A DNA stretch of 64,000 nt, from NCBI GenBank assembly GCA_963816145.1, contig CAWFJP010000014.1, forward strand, positions 192,001 through 256,000, read 5' to 3'. The translations under genes were made by a program, and so were the position numbers. Positions within the stretch are counted from its first letter, which is position 1, and each line of letters opens with the position of its first letter. Origin of the DNA: an uncultured delta proteobacterium (lineage in GTDB: Bacteria > Desulfobacterota > Binatia > UBA9968). Shown piece by piece: positions 25,919 through 38,166 of this stretch. The notes under the pieces are model-generated. The model was not told where the DNA came from, made no database searches, and worked only from the letters and a program-made list of their open reading frames with translations.

Positions 25919-28480
25919 ATGCTCTCGACGGCGGGCGGTTTTACGGCTTGCGCTTTGTCTCCGGATGGCTCGGCGCAGCGGCAGCGACCATTTGTTTCCG
26001 CGCCATCGGATGGCTTTACCAATTTTGAAACCGAACCGGTGCGCCCATTGGCGCTGTCGGCGGACGGTCGCTATCTCTACGCACTCAACACCGCTGACGA
26101 CCGCTTGGAGATCTTTGAAACGCAGGGCGACGAGCTGCGTTCAATCGGCGAAACCGGAGTCGGCCTGCGCCCGGTGGCGCTCGTCGTGCGCGGGCAACAA
26201 GTTTGGGTCGTTAACCATTTGTCCGACTCGGTGAGCGTCGTCGATGTCGGTGATCCGGCGCGCCCCCGTGTCATCCACACACTGCAAGTGGGCGACGAGC
26301 CGCGCGGCATAGTGGTTGGCGGGCCGAAGCGGGATCGCGTGTTCGTCGCCACGGCGCGGCGCGGCGAAACCCTGACCCCTGGCATTGGACGGGCACAGCT
26401 CTGGGTCTTCGACGCGGCGCGGCCGGAGGCGCCGCCGCGGATCGTGACGCTGTTCGGCGCCAAGCCGCGCGCCCTTGCGGCGTCCGCCGACGGCAGGCGT
26501 ATTTATGCCGCGGTGTTTCTTTCCGGCAACCGCACCGCTTCAGTCTCTGGCGAAGACGCCGTGCGCCTCGGCCGGGCGCGGCAAATCTATTTCGATAATA
26601 TTCCGTATGCCGCTGTGCCCAAACAGGGCGTCATTGTGAAGCGAACCGAGCGCGGTTGGCGCGACTACGACGGTCGCGACTGGAGCGCCGCGGTGGCGTT
26701 CGATTTGCCGGATTACGATGTCTTCGTCATCGATGCCGAGGTGGAGCAGCCTAGGGTCGTCCAGACCATCAGCGATGTCGGCACGGTGCTGTTCAACATG
26801 GCGGTGCAGCCCGGCACTGGCGAGATTTGGGTATCCAACACCGAGGCGTTCAATCTCATCCCGTTCGAATCCCGGCTCAACGGTCGATTCGCCGAGAATC
26901 GCATTACGCGGGTGGTCCCGGATCAGTCGAACGATTACCGGACGGTGGTGGTTGATTTGAATCCGCATATCGCGTCCGCTGCGGGACGCGCCGCTGGCGA
27001 GATCGGACTAGCGCAACCGTTGGATTTGGTTTTTCAACCCGATGGGGGCGAAGCCTACGTCGCTGCGTTCGGTTCGCGCAAGGTCGGCGTGCTCGATGGC
27101 AGCGGCACCATCATTGATCACATCAACGTTGGTTTCGGCCCCGGCGGCTTGGCCCTCGACCCAAAGCGCCGGCGGCTGTATGTGCTCAACCATCTCGCTG
27201 CGACGATCTCGATCGTTGATCCTGGCAAGCGCCGGAGCATTGGAGAAGTCGCCTTGCGCCACGATCCGACGCCCGCGACGATCAAGGAAGGACGGCGTTT
27301 TTTTTACGACGCCGCCTTGACTTCGCGCTTCGGCGATTTGTCCTGCGCCACCTGTCATGTGTTCGGAGATGTCGATGGATTGGCCTGGGACCTGGGCGAT
27401 CCCAGCGGGCCGACGTTGGATATTCCGGTCGGCTTGCGCAACACCGGGCTCTCCACGCCGCGGCAAAACCTCCACCCTCTCAAAGGTCCCATGGTGACGC
27501 AGAGTTTGCGCGGGCTTGCCGGCAACGCGCCGTATCATTGGCGCGGCGACCGTTTCGGCGATGCGGCGGCGCCGGGCGGCGACGTCGCAGGCTTCAAAGA
27601 CTTCAATCCGGCCTTTGTCGATCTGCTCGGCCGCGCCGAAGAGATTACCGATGCGGCGATGGAGGCATTCGCCCGCTATATTTTCACCATCCGTTTCCCG
27701 CCCAATCCGCTGCAGCGGCTCGATCGCTCTTTCGATGCGCAGCAACAAGCCGGCTTCGAGTTTTTTACCGGGCCGTTCCTTTCCGGCTCCGGACAACAAA
27801 ATTGCGAGAACTGTCACCAACTCCCGGCAGGCACCAATCGTTTGGTCAATTTCGAAGGGCCGCAGATCGGCCGCGATATGAAGACAGCGCAGCTGCGCAA
27901 CGTCTACGACAAAATCGGCCGCTTCAATGCCGCCGGACCGCAAGTGTCGGGCTTCGGTCTGCTGCACGACGGCACCTTCGAAAGCGTGGCGAGTTTTTTG
28001 CGCTTGGACGTGTTCTTTTTCCCCGGAAACTCCGAGACGGAGAAAGATGTGATTCGGCGCCAGCTGCATGATTACGTTATGGCATTTGATACCGGCATGG
28101 CGCCGGCGGTGGGACGGCAGCTGACCATCAACGGCGCATTGACAGGCGATGAGCGGCCGACCTTCGAACTGCTTACGAACCGAGCCGGGGCTGGCGATTG
28201 CGACCTCATCGCCCGCGGCTGGGAAGGAAAAGCTCTGCGCGGCTGGTTGTATAAAAGCGGCGCATTCCAAGGGGATCGCAGCGGCGAACCGGCGCTGGCC
28301 CCGGATGCGCTGCTCGAGCGTTTCATTAATTACGGCGAACCGTTGACGCTGACCTGCGTGCCGCCGGGGGACGGCCGGCGCAGCGCCCTCGATCGCGCCT
28401 TGGATGGAAATCTCGACGGCGACGCGAAGGCGCGCCGGCGGCGCTCGGGCGGGGCATCGCAGCTTTGTGCGGCAAGCGGA
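25919..28480 (+). CDS. YVTN/YncE beta-propeller plus di-heme cytochrome c domain protein
   Basis: FTNFETEPVRPLALS, WVVNHLSDSVSVVD, SCATCH, KGPMVTQSLRGL, CENCH; C-terminal boundary uncertain. Confidence 0.75.
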
Positions 28481-28663
28481 ATTCAACCCATGAGATGGTC
28501 AGAACTTGACATGCCGCGGCGGAGCCGCCGGTGCAATTCGGAATCTCCCGCGCAAACACGCAAGGTCGTAAAGTTGTCGACTCGATTTCGAAGACTGGCG
28601 TCATGTCGAGATCGCTGCGGATTTGCCGGGCGATATTTCAATTTCAATCAATCGATCGTCGCG

Positions 28664-29758
28664 ATGCTCACGGCGATCTCGTTGGCCGCTTGCGCCGGTC
28701 TTCCCGTGCACGGCCTGGTCGGCGGACAGAGTTTCGACACCCGAGTCGATGCCGAAGTAGCGCAGTATTATCTGGCGAGCTATCTTTCCGGCCGCCGCAC
28801 CGACCCGGTGCTCGACCAGCGAATCGCCAAACTCTACCAGAACCCTTCCGGACTGCTACCCGACCGCGCCGAGCTCAAGCGTCTGAGCGATGAATTTTCC
28901 GTCGATTTCGCCGCGGCGTATTTCGCCGACCGCGTCGCCGAGATGCCCGACAATCGGCAATTCAGACGTGTGTTCAGCGAGAACCGCCGCGCCTTTGCCC
29001 AAGGCCACTTGAAACTGCCGGCGGTTGCGGCCCAGTACGAGGTGATGTTCGTGCCGACATATCTTTATAAGAGAGTGCCGTTGATCGGCTCGGATCTCGC
29101 CGTGCCCAAAAAGGCGTTGGAGAAAGCCGGCATGGCGGTGCATTTCGTCGAGACGGTGGAAGACGGCGCCGTCGAGGCCAACGCGGAGATTGTCGCCGCC
29201 GCGATCGTGTCACGGACGTCGAGCGGGCGGCGTTTGATTCTCGTCAGCGCGAGCAAATCCGGACCCGAAGTGGCGCTCGCCTTGACGCAGCTGGGACCGG
29301 TGCGGTCGCGCCATGTCGCCGGCTGGGTCAATGTGGTCGGCGCCCTGCAAGGAACGCCGCTTGCCGACGAGAAGGCGCTGTCCGACGCGGAGAGCCTGAT
29401 CGGCGCGGTCGATCCGGCCGGCATGGAAAGTTTGACGACCGAGCGGAGCCGGCGCCGCTTTAGACGATTTCGCCTCCCCGACCACATCATGGTCGTGAAC
29501 TACTTCGGCATCCCGCTCTCGGGTGATTTGTCGTCCTGGGCTCGGGTTGGATTCAAACCCTTGTCCAGGTATGGCCCCAATGACGGCATTCTTTTGCTCC
29601 CCGATATGATTTTCCCGGGCGGCATCAGCGTTGCCGAGATCGGTTTGGATCATTTCTTATTGGATCGAAATACCGATGCGGCCACGGTCGGCCTGGTGGC
29701 GGCGATGATGCAATGGATCGGGCAGGCGCCCGGCACGTTCATGCCGGTCTCAAACTGA
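28664..29758 (+). CDS. Putative lipoprotein alpha/beta-hydrolase
   Basis: Lipobox LAAC, SASKSG nucleophile-elbow variant, GTPLAD, NDG, LDH. In frame with the upstream ORF in this assembly but probably a separate gene. Confidence 0.65.
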   Translation: MLTAISLAACAGLPVHGLVGGQSFDTRVDAEVAQYYLASYLSGRRTDPVLDQRIAKLYQNPSGLLPDRAELKRLSDEFSVDFAAAYFADRVAEMPDNRQFRRVFSENRRAFAQGHLKLPAVAAQYEVMFVPTYLYKRVPLIGSDLAVPKKALEKAGMAVHFVETVEDGAVEANAEIVAAAIVSRTSSGRRLILVSASKSGPEVALALTQLGPVRSRHVAGWVNVVGALQGTPLADEKALSDAESLIGAVDPAGMESLTTERSRRRFRRFRLPDHIMVVNYFGIPLSGDLSSWARVGFKPLSRYGPNDGILLLPDMIFPGGISVAEIGLDHFLLDRNTDAATVGLVAAMMQWIGQAPGTFMPVSN

Positions 29759-29811
29759 TCGGCTACACACTTGCAGCTGGGATTTTCAAGATAAGGAAAG
29801 CGAAGCGCGCG

Positions 29812-31346
29812 ATGAAGGAAATTCGTTTTGTCGATACGACGGTCCGCGATGGCTCCTTGAGTTTGTGGGCGTTGGGCATGCGCACCGGCGCCATGCTGGC
29901 GATCGCCGAGCAGATGGACCGCTGTGGTTTTGAGTCCATGGAGTTCTTCGGTTTCGCCGGCTACATCAAGTACGTCAAGGAGCATAAGGAAAATCCCTGG
30001 ACCTGGATGGGCGAGGGCGCCAAGAAATTCCGCCGCACGCGCCTGCGCTACCATGGCGGGCTGGCGTCGGGTTTCGAGAAAATCCCGCGTTCGGTGCGCC
30101 TATTGATGATCGAGCGGGTGGTGGCCCATGGCATCACGCTGACGCGTTCGTCCGATCCGTGGAACGATTACGATGCCGCCGCGCTAGAGATTGCCGCGCT
30201 GCAAAAGCTCGGCATGGAGGTGATCATCAACATCATCTATTCCGTGTCGCCGCGCCATACCGATGAATACTTCGCGACCCGGGCGCGCCAGGCGGCTGCG
30301 ATCATGCCGTATCGGATTTGTTTCAAGGACGTTGCCGGGCTGCTGACCCCGGATCGAACACGGACGTTGATTCCGCTGATCAAGCAAAATATCGGCGCCA
30401 TTCCGCTGGAATTTCACGCCCACTGCAACAACGGCATGGCGCCGTTCAATTATCTCGAGGCGATGAAGCTCGGCGTCGACACCTTTCACACCGGCGTGCC
30501 GCCGCTGGCCAACGGTTCCGGCCAGCCATCGATTTTCAACGTGGCGCGCAATGCTCAAGCGCTCGGGTTCAAACCGCAAATCGACTTGGAAGCGGTCAAG
30601 CCGGTGGAAAGACATTTCACGACCATCGCCAAGCTCGAAGGCCACCCAGTGGGCGCGCAGCGCGAGTACGATCATGCGCAGTATTTGCATCAAGTGCCCG
30701 GCGGCATGATCTCCAATCTGCGCTTTCAGTTGACCAAGTTGGGCATGGCGAACCGGATCGAGGAAACGCTCGAGGAATGCGGCAGGGTGCGCGCCGAGTT
30801 CGGCTATCCGATCATGGTGACGCCGCTGGCGCAGTTCGTCGGCAGCCAGGCGGCGATCAACGTGATCACCGGCGAGCGCTACAAAGAGGTCACCGACCAG
30901 GCGATTCAATACGCGCTGGGCTACTGGGGCAAGGAAGCGCCGACGGTGATGGACGCCAGCGTCAAGGACAAGATTCTCAGCCGGCCGCGCGCCAAAGAGT
31001 GGGCTAACTGGTCCGTGCCGGACTTGTCGCTGGCAGAAGTGCGGCGCAAAATCGGCGGCTGAACGTTTCCGACGAGGAATTAGTCCTGCGCGTCATCGCC
31101 GGCGACCCCGCCGTCGATGCCATGCTCGCCGCCGGCGCACCGCAGGAATATCTGAGCGCGACGCAACCGCTGGTCCAGCTCATCGGTGAGCTCGTCAAGC
31201 GCAAAGACTGCAGCCAGGTGTTCATTGAGAAGAAAGGTTTGAAGTTGCGGCTGGAGAGGAGTCGGCCGGTGCCGGCCGTTGAAGAGTCCGTCCGCGCCAC
31301 CATTGAACAGTTTGCTCCAACAGCAGGGCCAATGGCAGACCGCTGA
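29812..31346 (+). CDS. Pyruvate carboxylase subunit B/oxaloacetate decarboxylase alpha-like carboxyltransferase (no biotin domain), frameshift near 31060
   Basis: VDTTVRDGSLSLWA, KENPW, CFKDVAGLL, FHAHCNNG, HQVPGGMISN, GYPIMVTPLAQFVGSQA; continues NVSDEELVLR in another frame. Confidence 0.85.
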
Positions 31347-32377
31347 GGATAATTACCGGGAACAGAAAACGATTGCCGTAGTGGCTAGTGTCCCAGAAGC
31401 GATACGCGGCGAAAAAGCCGTAAAGTAACAAAATGGATGCGCCGAGAGCGGCGCCAAGACGCCACCGTATCCGCACCAAGTAGACAAGTCCCACCAGCGA
31501 CGGCACGGTAATCGGACTTGTCCAGAGCAAGCCATGCCGACGGTCCAGTAGTTGCCCGACCAGACCACGTGGAAAGATCGCCGCCGAGAAGTCGCCGCGG
31601 TGGGTCGCTACATGCCATGCGCCTGCCTCGAAGATGGCGATGCGGTCGTAGGAAGTCACCAGCGGATGGCCAAACATTGCGCTGTTATACCCCAGCAAGA
31701 GCGCGACCGGACCGGCGAATCCAACGCCGAAATAGACCCAGCGCAAGGGTTTCGCTGGCAGCAGAAACATCAATGCCGGCAGCACTACGAGGTAGGGAAA
31801 TTTGGCAACGCAAGCGATGCCGAATGAAACGCCGGCTAAAAGCAGCCCGATCCGGCGATCGCTACGGCGATCGAGGCAGATAAAAGCGCCCAGCAGGAAC
31901 GCGGTGGCAAGAATGTCTTGGGAATAATTGTAAACATAGTGCGGCGCGAACGACGCCACGCCGACGAGAAATGTCGCCACGGAAGCGGCACCCGGCGAGC
32001 TGTAAGGAGTGATCCATAGATTGAGGGCGTGCAAGCACAGCAGCAGCTGCAGCAGGTTGAAAATGACCGCGCCCTCTCTGCCCCAGAGCGCGACCAGCGG
32101 CAATGACAGAATCGCCAGGACGATGTTGTGCTTCGGAACGAAATGGCCGTTGCGGTCCAACGCAATTTCGCCTGAATGTTGCTTCCGGTTGGCCGGGGAG
32201 TTGATTGGCAAGATCGAAGTCATGATCCTGCAGTAACGAATCCGCGGTGAGGTAGTAGTACCAAGCATCGCCGCGCAAAGCCGGTTCCCCGTCGTAGCCG
32301 GTACCGACGATGGCACCGTAAATGACCGCAAGAGCGAGTAAAACGGTCGCGGCGGGATTGAAGGAAAACCGGCGCAT
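31222..32377 (-). CDS. Polytopic membrane protein, GT-C (PMT/ArnT-like) glycosyltransferase-like, frameshift near 32175
   Basis: TM then GDAWYYYLTADSLLQDHDFDL; multiple TM helices, YNSAMFGHPL, HGLLWTSP, YGNRFL. Confidence 0.6.
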
Positions 32378-32544
32378 GTTAAATGAATCTATTGAAAGGG
32401 GCGCCGTGACGAGATTGTAACGTTTGCATCGATAATTTTTGCCCAGCGTCATTATGGTGGAAATGAACTTGGCAGGCAACCGAATGGCGTCTCAAGGTCC
32501 AAGCGATCGGTCGCGACGGTTATGGGGGAAACAAAGGAGGCATC

Positions 32545-32832
32545 ATGGTTTACGAGATGCGGTTTCAGACAGTGGAGCCGGCGAAACGGGCAGAGTACGT
32601 CAAGATTTACCGCGACGCGGTGTTGGGTTGTAAATCGGCGGGCTCGACCGGCGGACATATCTTATGCAGCGACGACGATCCGTCGGCAGTGATTGTTATT
32701 TTGCGCTGGGAAAGCAAAGAGCATCTGGCACGGTGGCGTGGCACCGAGTCGTACAAATCATTTCGCGCCGCGGTGGCGCCGCTTCAAACCAGTAAAAGCC
32801 ACGGCGGGCTTTACATCGCCGAGACCATTTAG
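32545..32832 (+). CDS. Antibiotic biosynthesis monooxygenase (ABM/Dabb) family protein
   Basis: DDPSAVIVILRWESKEHL..WRGTESY; RBS AAGGAGG. Confidence 0.8.
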   Translation: MVYEMRFQTVEPAKRAEYVKIYRDAVLGCKSAGSTGGHILCSDDDPSAVIVILRWESKEHLARWRGTESYKSFRAAVAPLQTSKSHGGLYIAETI

Positions 32833-32949
32833 TTCTCGTACGCCGGTGGTTTGCAGCGTCGCCGGTTTCGATTGACTCGCAAACGGCGTTTCGGTTACTC
32901 TTCTGACGCTTTCCATGTTTCGACCATCATCTTTATCTAGGGATCGCTG

Positions 32950-33107
32950 GTGGACGAGAGGGGCATCGATGGTCCCACCGCCGGCTGGAAAGGGAACGGT
33001 CCGTGGGCTAGCACCGGAACACGGAAACCGTTTCATACGGAAAGCAGCAACGGCATGTGGCTTAAGGACGTGACGTTCCATTGCGCCCCGATCCATTGGC
33101 GAAGTGA
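32950..33107 (+). pseudogene. Degenerate 3' remnant of a paralog of the downstream gene
   Basis: IDGPTAGWKGNGPW..TG.R.P..E and ttgcgccccgatccattggcgaagtga versus IDDPKAGWKGRGLW..TG.R.P..E and ttgcggcccgatccgctggcgaagtaa ending at 35384. Confidence 0.75.
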
Positions 33108-33218
33108 TCTGCTGCGAGGTAAGAAAATTCACAAGGAGTTAAGTTGGGTTGTCGGATGCAAGGACGGAATTATTCGGCGGTTCAACGGGGATTCAAGCTT
33201 GAACAGAGGAGAGTTGGT

Positions 33219-35384
33219 ATGAGAGCAAGAAGATTATCGAGTTTTGGATTGCTGGCCCTTGGTCTTGCAGCGCTACTGTGGGCCTATCCGGTGCAGTTGA
33301 GCAGCCAGCAGTCTGTCACCGTGCAGATCGACAATGATGACGTCGGCGGCGTGGTGAGCAGCGCCAAGGGGCCGGAAGCGGGCGTCTGGGTGATCGCGGA
33401 AACCAACGATCTGCCGACCCGGTTCGCTAGAATGGTAGTGACCGACGACGGCGGGCGTTATCTGTTGCCGGATTTGCCCAAGGCCACCTATAACATTTGG
33501 GTGCGCGGCTATGGCTTGGTCGATTCGCCGAAGATCAAGTCGGCGCCGGGTAAGATTCTCAATCTGAAGGCAGTGCTAGCGCCTAATGAAACTGCCGCGG
33601 CGAAGTATTATCCGGCGATTATTGGTACTCGATGATGAAGATTCCGGATAAAAGCCAGTTTGGCGGCAAGGGCAACATTCCGGAAAAAATCACGCAGACC
33701 GAATGGTTGAACTCGATGAAGAGCAACGGCTGCATTGGCTGCCACCAGTTGGGACAGTTGTCGACGCGCACGTTCCCGAACAATGTGCCCTTATCCGATG
33801 GGGAAGTTCAGCAACTCCGTCGAAGCTTGGTTTCGCCGCATTCAGTCGGGACAATCCGGCGAGTCGATGTTCAATACACTGGTCACGCAGATGGGCGCGG
33901 CGCCGATGGAGTATTTCGCCGACTGGACCGACCGCATCGCCAAGGGCGAACTGCCCCACACCAAGCCGCAACGGCCGCAGGGCGTGGAGCGCAATATCGT
34001 GGTGACGACCTGGGATTGGTCCAATGAAAAAAAATACTTGCATGACTTGATCGCTTCAGACCGGCGGTACCCAACCGTCAATGCCTACGGCCCGTTGTAC
34101 GGTTCCGCCGAGTACAGCACCGACATGGTGCCGGTGCTCAATCCGAAAACCCATTCGACGACCAATCTGGTGTTGCCGGTGCGGGATACCAACACGCCCG
34201 AGGCGTTGGGACCCGGCCATGCGGCGAGCGCTACGCTCATGCAACCGTCGCCTTATTGGGGCAATGAGAAGCTTTGGGACACCAAGGCGAACAATCATAA
34301 CGCCATGTTCGACCGCAAAGGACGAGTATGGTTCGCGGCGGCGGTGCGCGGCGCCGACAACCCAAGTTATTGCAAGAAGGGCTCGGATCATCCCTCCGCC
34401 AAGGTGTTTCCCATTGAACGCACCAACCGACATGTGACGATGCTCGATCCCAAGACCGGACAGTACACATTCTTTGATACCTGTTTTCAGACGCATCATT
34501 TGCAGTTCGGTTACGACGCCAACGAGACGCTGTGGACCAGCGGCGGCGGCTCGGTGGTGGGTTGGATCAATACCAAGTTATGGGAAGAAACCGGCGATTA
34601 TGTGAAGGCGCAAGGCTGGACGCCACTGATTCTCGATACCAACGGCAACGGCAAACGCGATGAATATGTCGAGCCCAATCAGCCGGTGGATCCCAAAAAA
34701 GACAAACGCATCGTCGCCGGCTTCTACGCCGTCATGCCGAGTCCAGTGGATGGCTCGATCTGGGGAACCTTCCGCAGCAATCCCGGCGCGGTGGTGCGGC
34801 TCATTCCCGGCAGCAATCCCAATGAGACCGCGCTAGCGGAAATCTACAACGTGCCGCTGCCCGGTTTCGGACCGCGCGGCGGCGACATCGATTCACAGGG
34901 TGTCGTCTGGGTCTCGCTAGCGAGCGGCCACTTAGGCAGCTTCGACCGGCGCAAATGCAAAGGTCCGCTTAACGGCCCGAAGGCCACCGGCGATCACTGT
35001 CCCGAGGGCTGGTCGTTCTATCAATATCCCGGCCCCGGCTTCAAAGGTCTGGGCGAGAATAGCGCTGAGTCGAGCTATTACACCTGGGTCGACCAGCACA
35101 ATACTTTCGGCCTCGGCGATGATGTGCCGATGTCCACAGGTAATTTGAACGACGGGTTGATCGCCTACAAAGACGGCAAGATGATTAACTTGCGCGTGCC
35201 CTATCCGATAGGTTTTTACGCCAAAGGATTCGATGGCCGTATCGATGATCCCAAAGCCGGTTGGAAGGGACGCGGACTGTGGAGCGCAACTGGCGACCGT
35301 GTGCCGTGGTTCAAAGAGACCGGCAGAGGCGCCAAGCCGATGGCCGTGCATTTCCAATTGCGGCCCGATCCGCTGGCGAAGTAA
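33219..35384 (+). CDS. Secreted carboxypeptidase-regulatory-like domain + c-type heme + beta-propeller protein, frameshifts near 33620 and 33790
   Basis: Signal peptide, GPEAGVWVIAET, WVRGYGLVDS, GCIGCHQLG, DTCFQTHHLQF, HFQLRPDPLAK. Confidence 0.8.
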
Positions 35385-35588
35385 CCATTCGGCATTCCAT
35401 CGCCGCGAATTAGAGCGCGGTCAGTTGAGCGGCGGAGTCTTTACACTGTGAAGGCTCCGTCGCATTTTTGGGGACGTTTTCCATCGCTACGTTTTTCCCG
35501 ATGCTTTTTGTGAGCAGCGAAAAGCTTTTGCAAATCGACCACCACCTGCCGTAAGAATTGGCAGGATTCCCAGAAAGGGGCTTGGCTC

Positions 35589-37304
35589 ATGGCTAAGATT
35601 ACACTCAATAACGTTACCGTTTCCGACGCTTACCTGGCGTTGCTCGCCGACCGCGGCGTCGACTACTGGTTCGCCAACGCCGGCACTGACTTCGCGCCGG
35701 TGGTCGAATCGCTGGCCAAGGCGCAGGTGTTGGAAACCCGAGTGCCGACGGCGATCACCTGTCCCCATGAGAATACCGCCATGCACATGGCGATCGGCTA
35801 TTTTCTGGTCACCGGAAAGCCGCAGGCGGTGATGGTGCATGTCAATGTCGGCACCGCCAACGGCATGAATGGCTTGCTCAACGCCGCCCGCGGCCATGTG
35901 CCGATGCTGTTTACCGCCGGGCGCACGCCGACCAACGAAGATGGCTTGGACGGCCATCGTAGTCTTGATATTCACTGGACCCAGGAGATGTTCGACCAGG
36001 CCGGCATGTTGCGCGAATCGGTGAAATGGGATTACGAACTGCGCAATGGCGAGCAACTGGAAACCGTGGTCGACCGGGCGCTGAGCATCGCCAAGAGCGA
36101 GCCGATGGGGCCGGTCTATCTGTCGCTGCCGCGCGAGGTGCTGGCGCATAAGATGGGCGAGTTCACCTACACGACGCCGTCGCGCCAACATGCCGCTGCG
36201 CCGACCTCTCCCAATGGCGCTGCAGTCGAAGAAGTCGCGGCGCTGTTGGCCGCGGCCGAACATCCGTTGATCATCACCAACTGCGCCGGGCGGGACCCTA
36301 AGTCGTGGTCGGCGCTCAGCGAGTTCGCCGAGCGTTACGCGATTCCGGTGGTCCAGTACCGCAACCGCTACATGTCGATTGCGAGCAGTCATCCGATGAA
36401 TTTGGGTTATGAGTTAAAGCCGTTGCTCCAGAGGGCGGATGTTATCCTGGCCATCGATATCGCCGTGCCTTGGTTGCCGGCGACCGACAAAGTGCGCGAT
36501 GACGCGAAAGTCATTCACATGGCTCCCGATCCGCTGCACGGTTACGTGCCGGTGCGCGGCCACCCCTGCGACATCGCGCTTGCCTGCGGCACCGCCGAGG
36601 GATTGCAGGTATTGAACGAATCCATGGCCGAGCATGAAGCGCGGGCGAAACTGCGCATCGATAAACGCCGGGCGGAGTTGGCGGTGAGCTGGCGCGCGCT
36701 GCGCGACGGCTGGAGTAAGAAGCTTGCCGAAGTCAAAGGTCAGTCGCCGATCCATCCCGCCTGGATCACCCACTGTATCGATCAAATCAAATCCAAAGAC
36801 ACCATCGTCATCAAAGAGTCGCCGCTATCGCCGGAGTATATCGACTTCTCTCAGCCGGCGACCATGTTTAACGCCGGCGCCGCTTCCGGGCTCGGCCATG
36901 GCTTGGGCTGCGCGCTCGGCGCCAAGCTCGCCGCCCGCGACCGATTGGTGATTGGCACCCATGGCGACGGTTCGTATATGTTCGGCAATCCGATTTCGGC
37001 GCACTATGTCGGTGCCGAGCAGGATTTACCGGTATTGACCGTGCTGTTCAACAACCAGCGCTGGCAGGCGGTGCGTCGCGCCACCGTCGACATGACCAAG
37101 GACGGCTACGCTGCAAAGAGTCAAAAGCAGCCGATTACCTTCTTGGACAGCATTTCGAATTACCAAAAAGCGGTGGAAGTCGCCGACGGTTACGGCGAAA
37201 AAGTCACCGAGGCGAGCGACGTGATACCGGCGCTCGAGCGCGGCCTCAAAGCGGTCAACGTCGAAAAACGCCAGGCTGTGATCAATATCATTTGTTCGGC
37301 GTAA
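35589..37304 (+). CDS. Thiamine pyrophosphate-requiring enzyme (acetolactate synthase-like)
   Basis: FANAGTDF, PHENTAMHMA, HVNVGTAN, GPVYLSLP, GDGSYMF..NN. Confidence 0.9.
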   Translation: MAKITLNNVTVSDAYLALLADRGVDYWFANAGTDFAPVVESLAKAQVLETRVPTAITCPHENTAMHMAIGYFLVTGKPQAVMVHVNVGTANGMNGLLNAARGHVPMLFTAGRTPTNEDGLDGHRSLDIHWTQEMFDQAGMLRESVKWDYELRNGEQLETVVDRALSIAKSEPMGPVYLSLPREVLAHKMGEFTYTTPSRQHAAAPTSPNGAAVEEVAALLAAAEHPLIITNCAGRDPKSWSALSEFAERYAIPVVQYRNRYMSIASSHPMNLGYELKPLLQRADVILAIDIAVPWLPATDKVRDDAKVIHMAPDPLHGYVPVRGHPCDIALACGTAEGLQVLNESMAEHEARAKLRIDKRRAELAVSWRALRDGWSKKLAEVKGQSPIHPAWITHCIDQIKSKDTIVIKESPLSPEYIDFSQPATMFNAGAASGLGHGLGCALGAKLAARDRLVIGTHGDGSYMFGNPISAHYVGAEQDLPVLTVLFNNQRWQAVRRATVDMTKDGYAAKSQKQPITFLDSISNYQKAVEVADGYGEKVTEASDVIPALERGLKAVNVEKRQAVINIICSA

Positions 37305-37320
37305 GCGCTGAAAAGAAGAA

Positions 37321-37505
37321 TGGCCGCAAAGAGCGCAAAGAGCGCAAAAAAAGCCGGAAGATTTCCCGCAAAGGCGCTAAGGCGCAAAGGTGACGGATCA
37401 ATGCCCGTCATCCCGAGTGAATGCGAGGGATCTAACTAGATTTCTCCCTGCGGTCGAAATGACAAAAATTCCGGACTTGGCGTCTTTGCGCCTTTGCGGG
37501 AGGCA
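37321..37505. repeat. Nested palindromic composite repeat
   Basis: CCCGCAAAGGCGCTAAGGCGCAAAG ... CTTGGCGTCTTTGCGCCTTTGCGGG enclosing GTCATCCCGAGTGAATGCGAGGGATCT..AGATTTCTCCCTGCGGTCGAAATGAC; degenerate copy at about 50915-51045. Confidence 0.7.
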
Positions 37506-37578
37506 TATCCGAATCCAATTGGACCGGACTTGGCGCGAGAAAAAACTTTCGATTCACAGATAAGATTTCGGTTGGACA

Positions 37579-38100
37579 ATGCTAGTGAACCGCCGCAACT
37601 TGCGCATCGAGTGGGGACAGTGCGATCCCGCCGGCATAGTTTTTTATCCCCAGTATCTGATTATCTTCGACACGAGCACGGCCTGGCTCTTCGAGCGCAC
37701 CGGCTTGACGCCTCTAGCGTTGCGCAAGAAATACCGCATCGTCGGCATGCCGGTGGTCGAGGTTGGCGCGCGCTTTGTCATGCCCTGCCGCTTCGACGAC
37801 GACATCGTCGTCGAAAGCGAGGTGAGCGAGTGGGGGCGCTCGAGCTTCACGGTGCGCCACCGGATTCTCAAGGCAGGTGAGCTCGCCGTAGACGGTTTTG
37901 AGAAGCGCGTCTGGGTCGCGCCCCATCCCGAGCGCGCCGGAGACATCAAAGCTCAAGCCGTGCCGGCGGAAATCATCGCCAGCCTTTCCGATCCTACCGG
38001 AGCGACGACGCTCGCAGTTCGACGGCGGCACATAGCTGGCGCAAGTCTCGACCCTGGACAAAACCAAGAGGCTGCGATAGCAAGGGGCCAATTCGAATGA
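37579..38100 (+). CDS. Acyl-CoA thioesterase (4-hydroxybenzoyl-CoA thioesterase-like)
   Basis: IEWGQCDPAGIVFYP hot-dog motif. Confidence 0.88.
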   Translation: MLVNRRNLRIEWGQCDPAGIVFYPQYLIIFDTSTAWLFERTGLTPLALRKKYRIVGMPVVEVGARFVMPCRFDDDIVVESEVSEWGRSSFTVRHRILKAGELAVDGFEKRVWVAPHPERAGDIKAQAVPAEIIASLSDPTGATTLAVRRRHIAGASLDPGQNQEAAIARGQFE

Positions 38101-38166
38101 CGATGCCACTCCGAGTCGACTGACGTTAACTACTCTAGACGATCGGGCCAGGGAAAGGAGTCGGTC

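Noticed and set aside
31060-31083. TGA ending the carboxyltransferase ORF as a possible Sec codon
   Set aside because: An in-frame TAG follows within 7 codons, and homologous-looking sequence continues in another frame, so this is a frameshift.
33630-33640. TGATGA in the heme/beta-propeller gene as possible recoding
   Set aside because: Explained by a missing base in ATT(T)ATTGG; the correct frame reads YWYSMMK.
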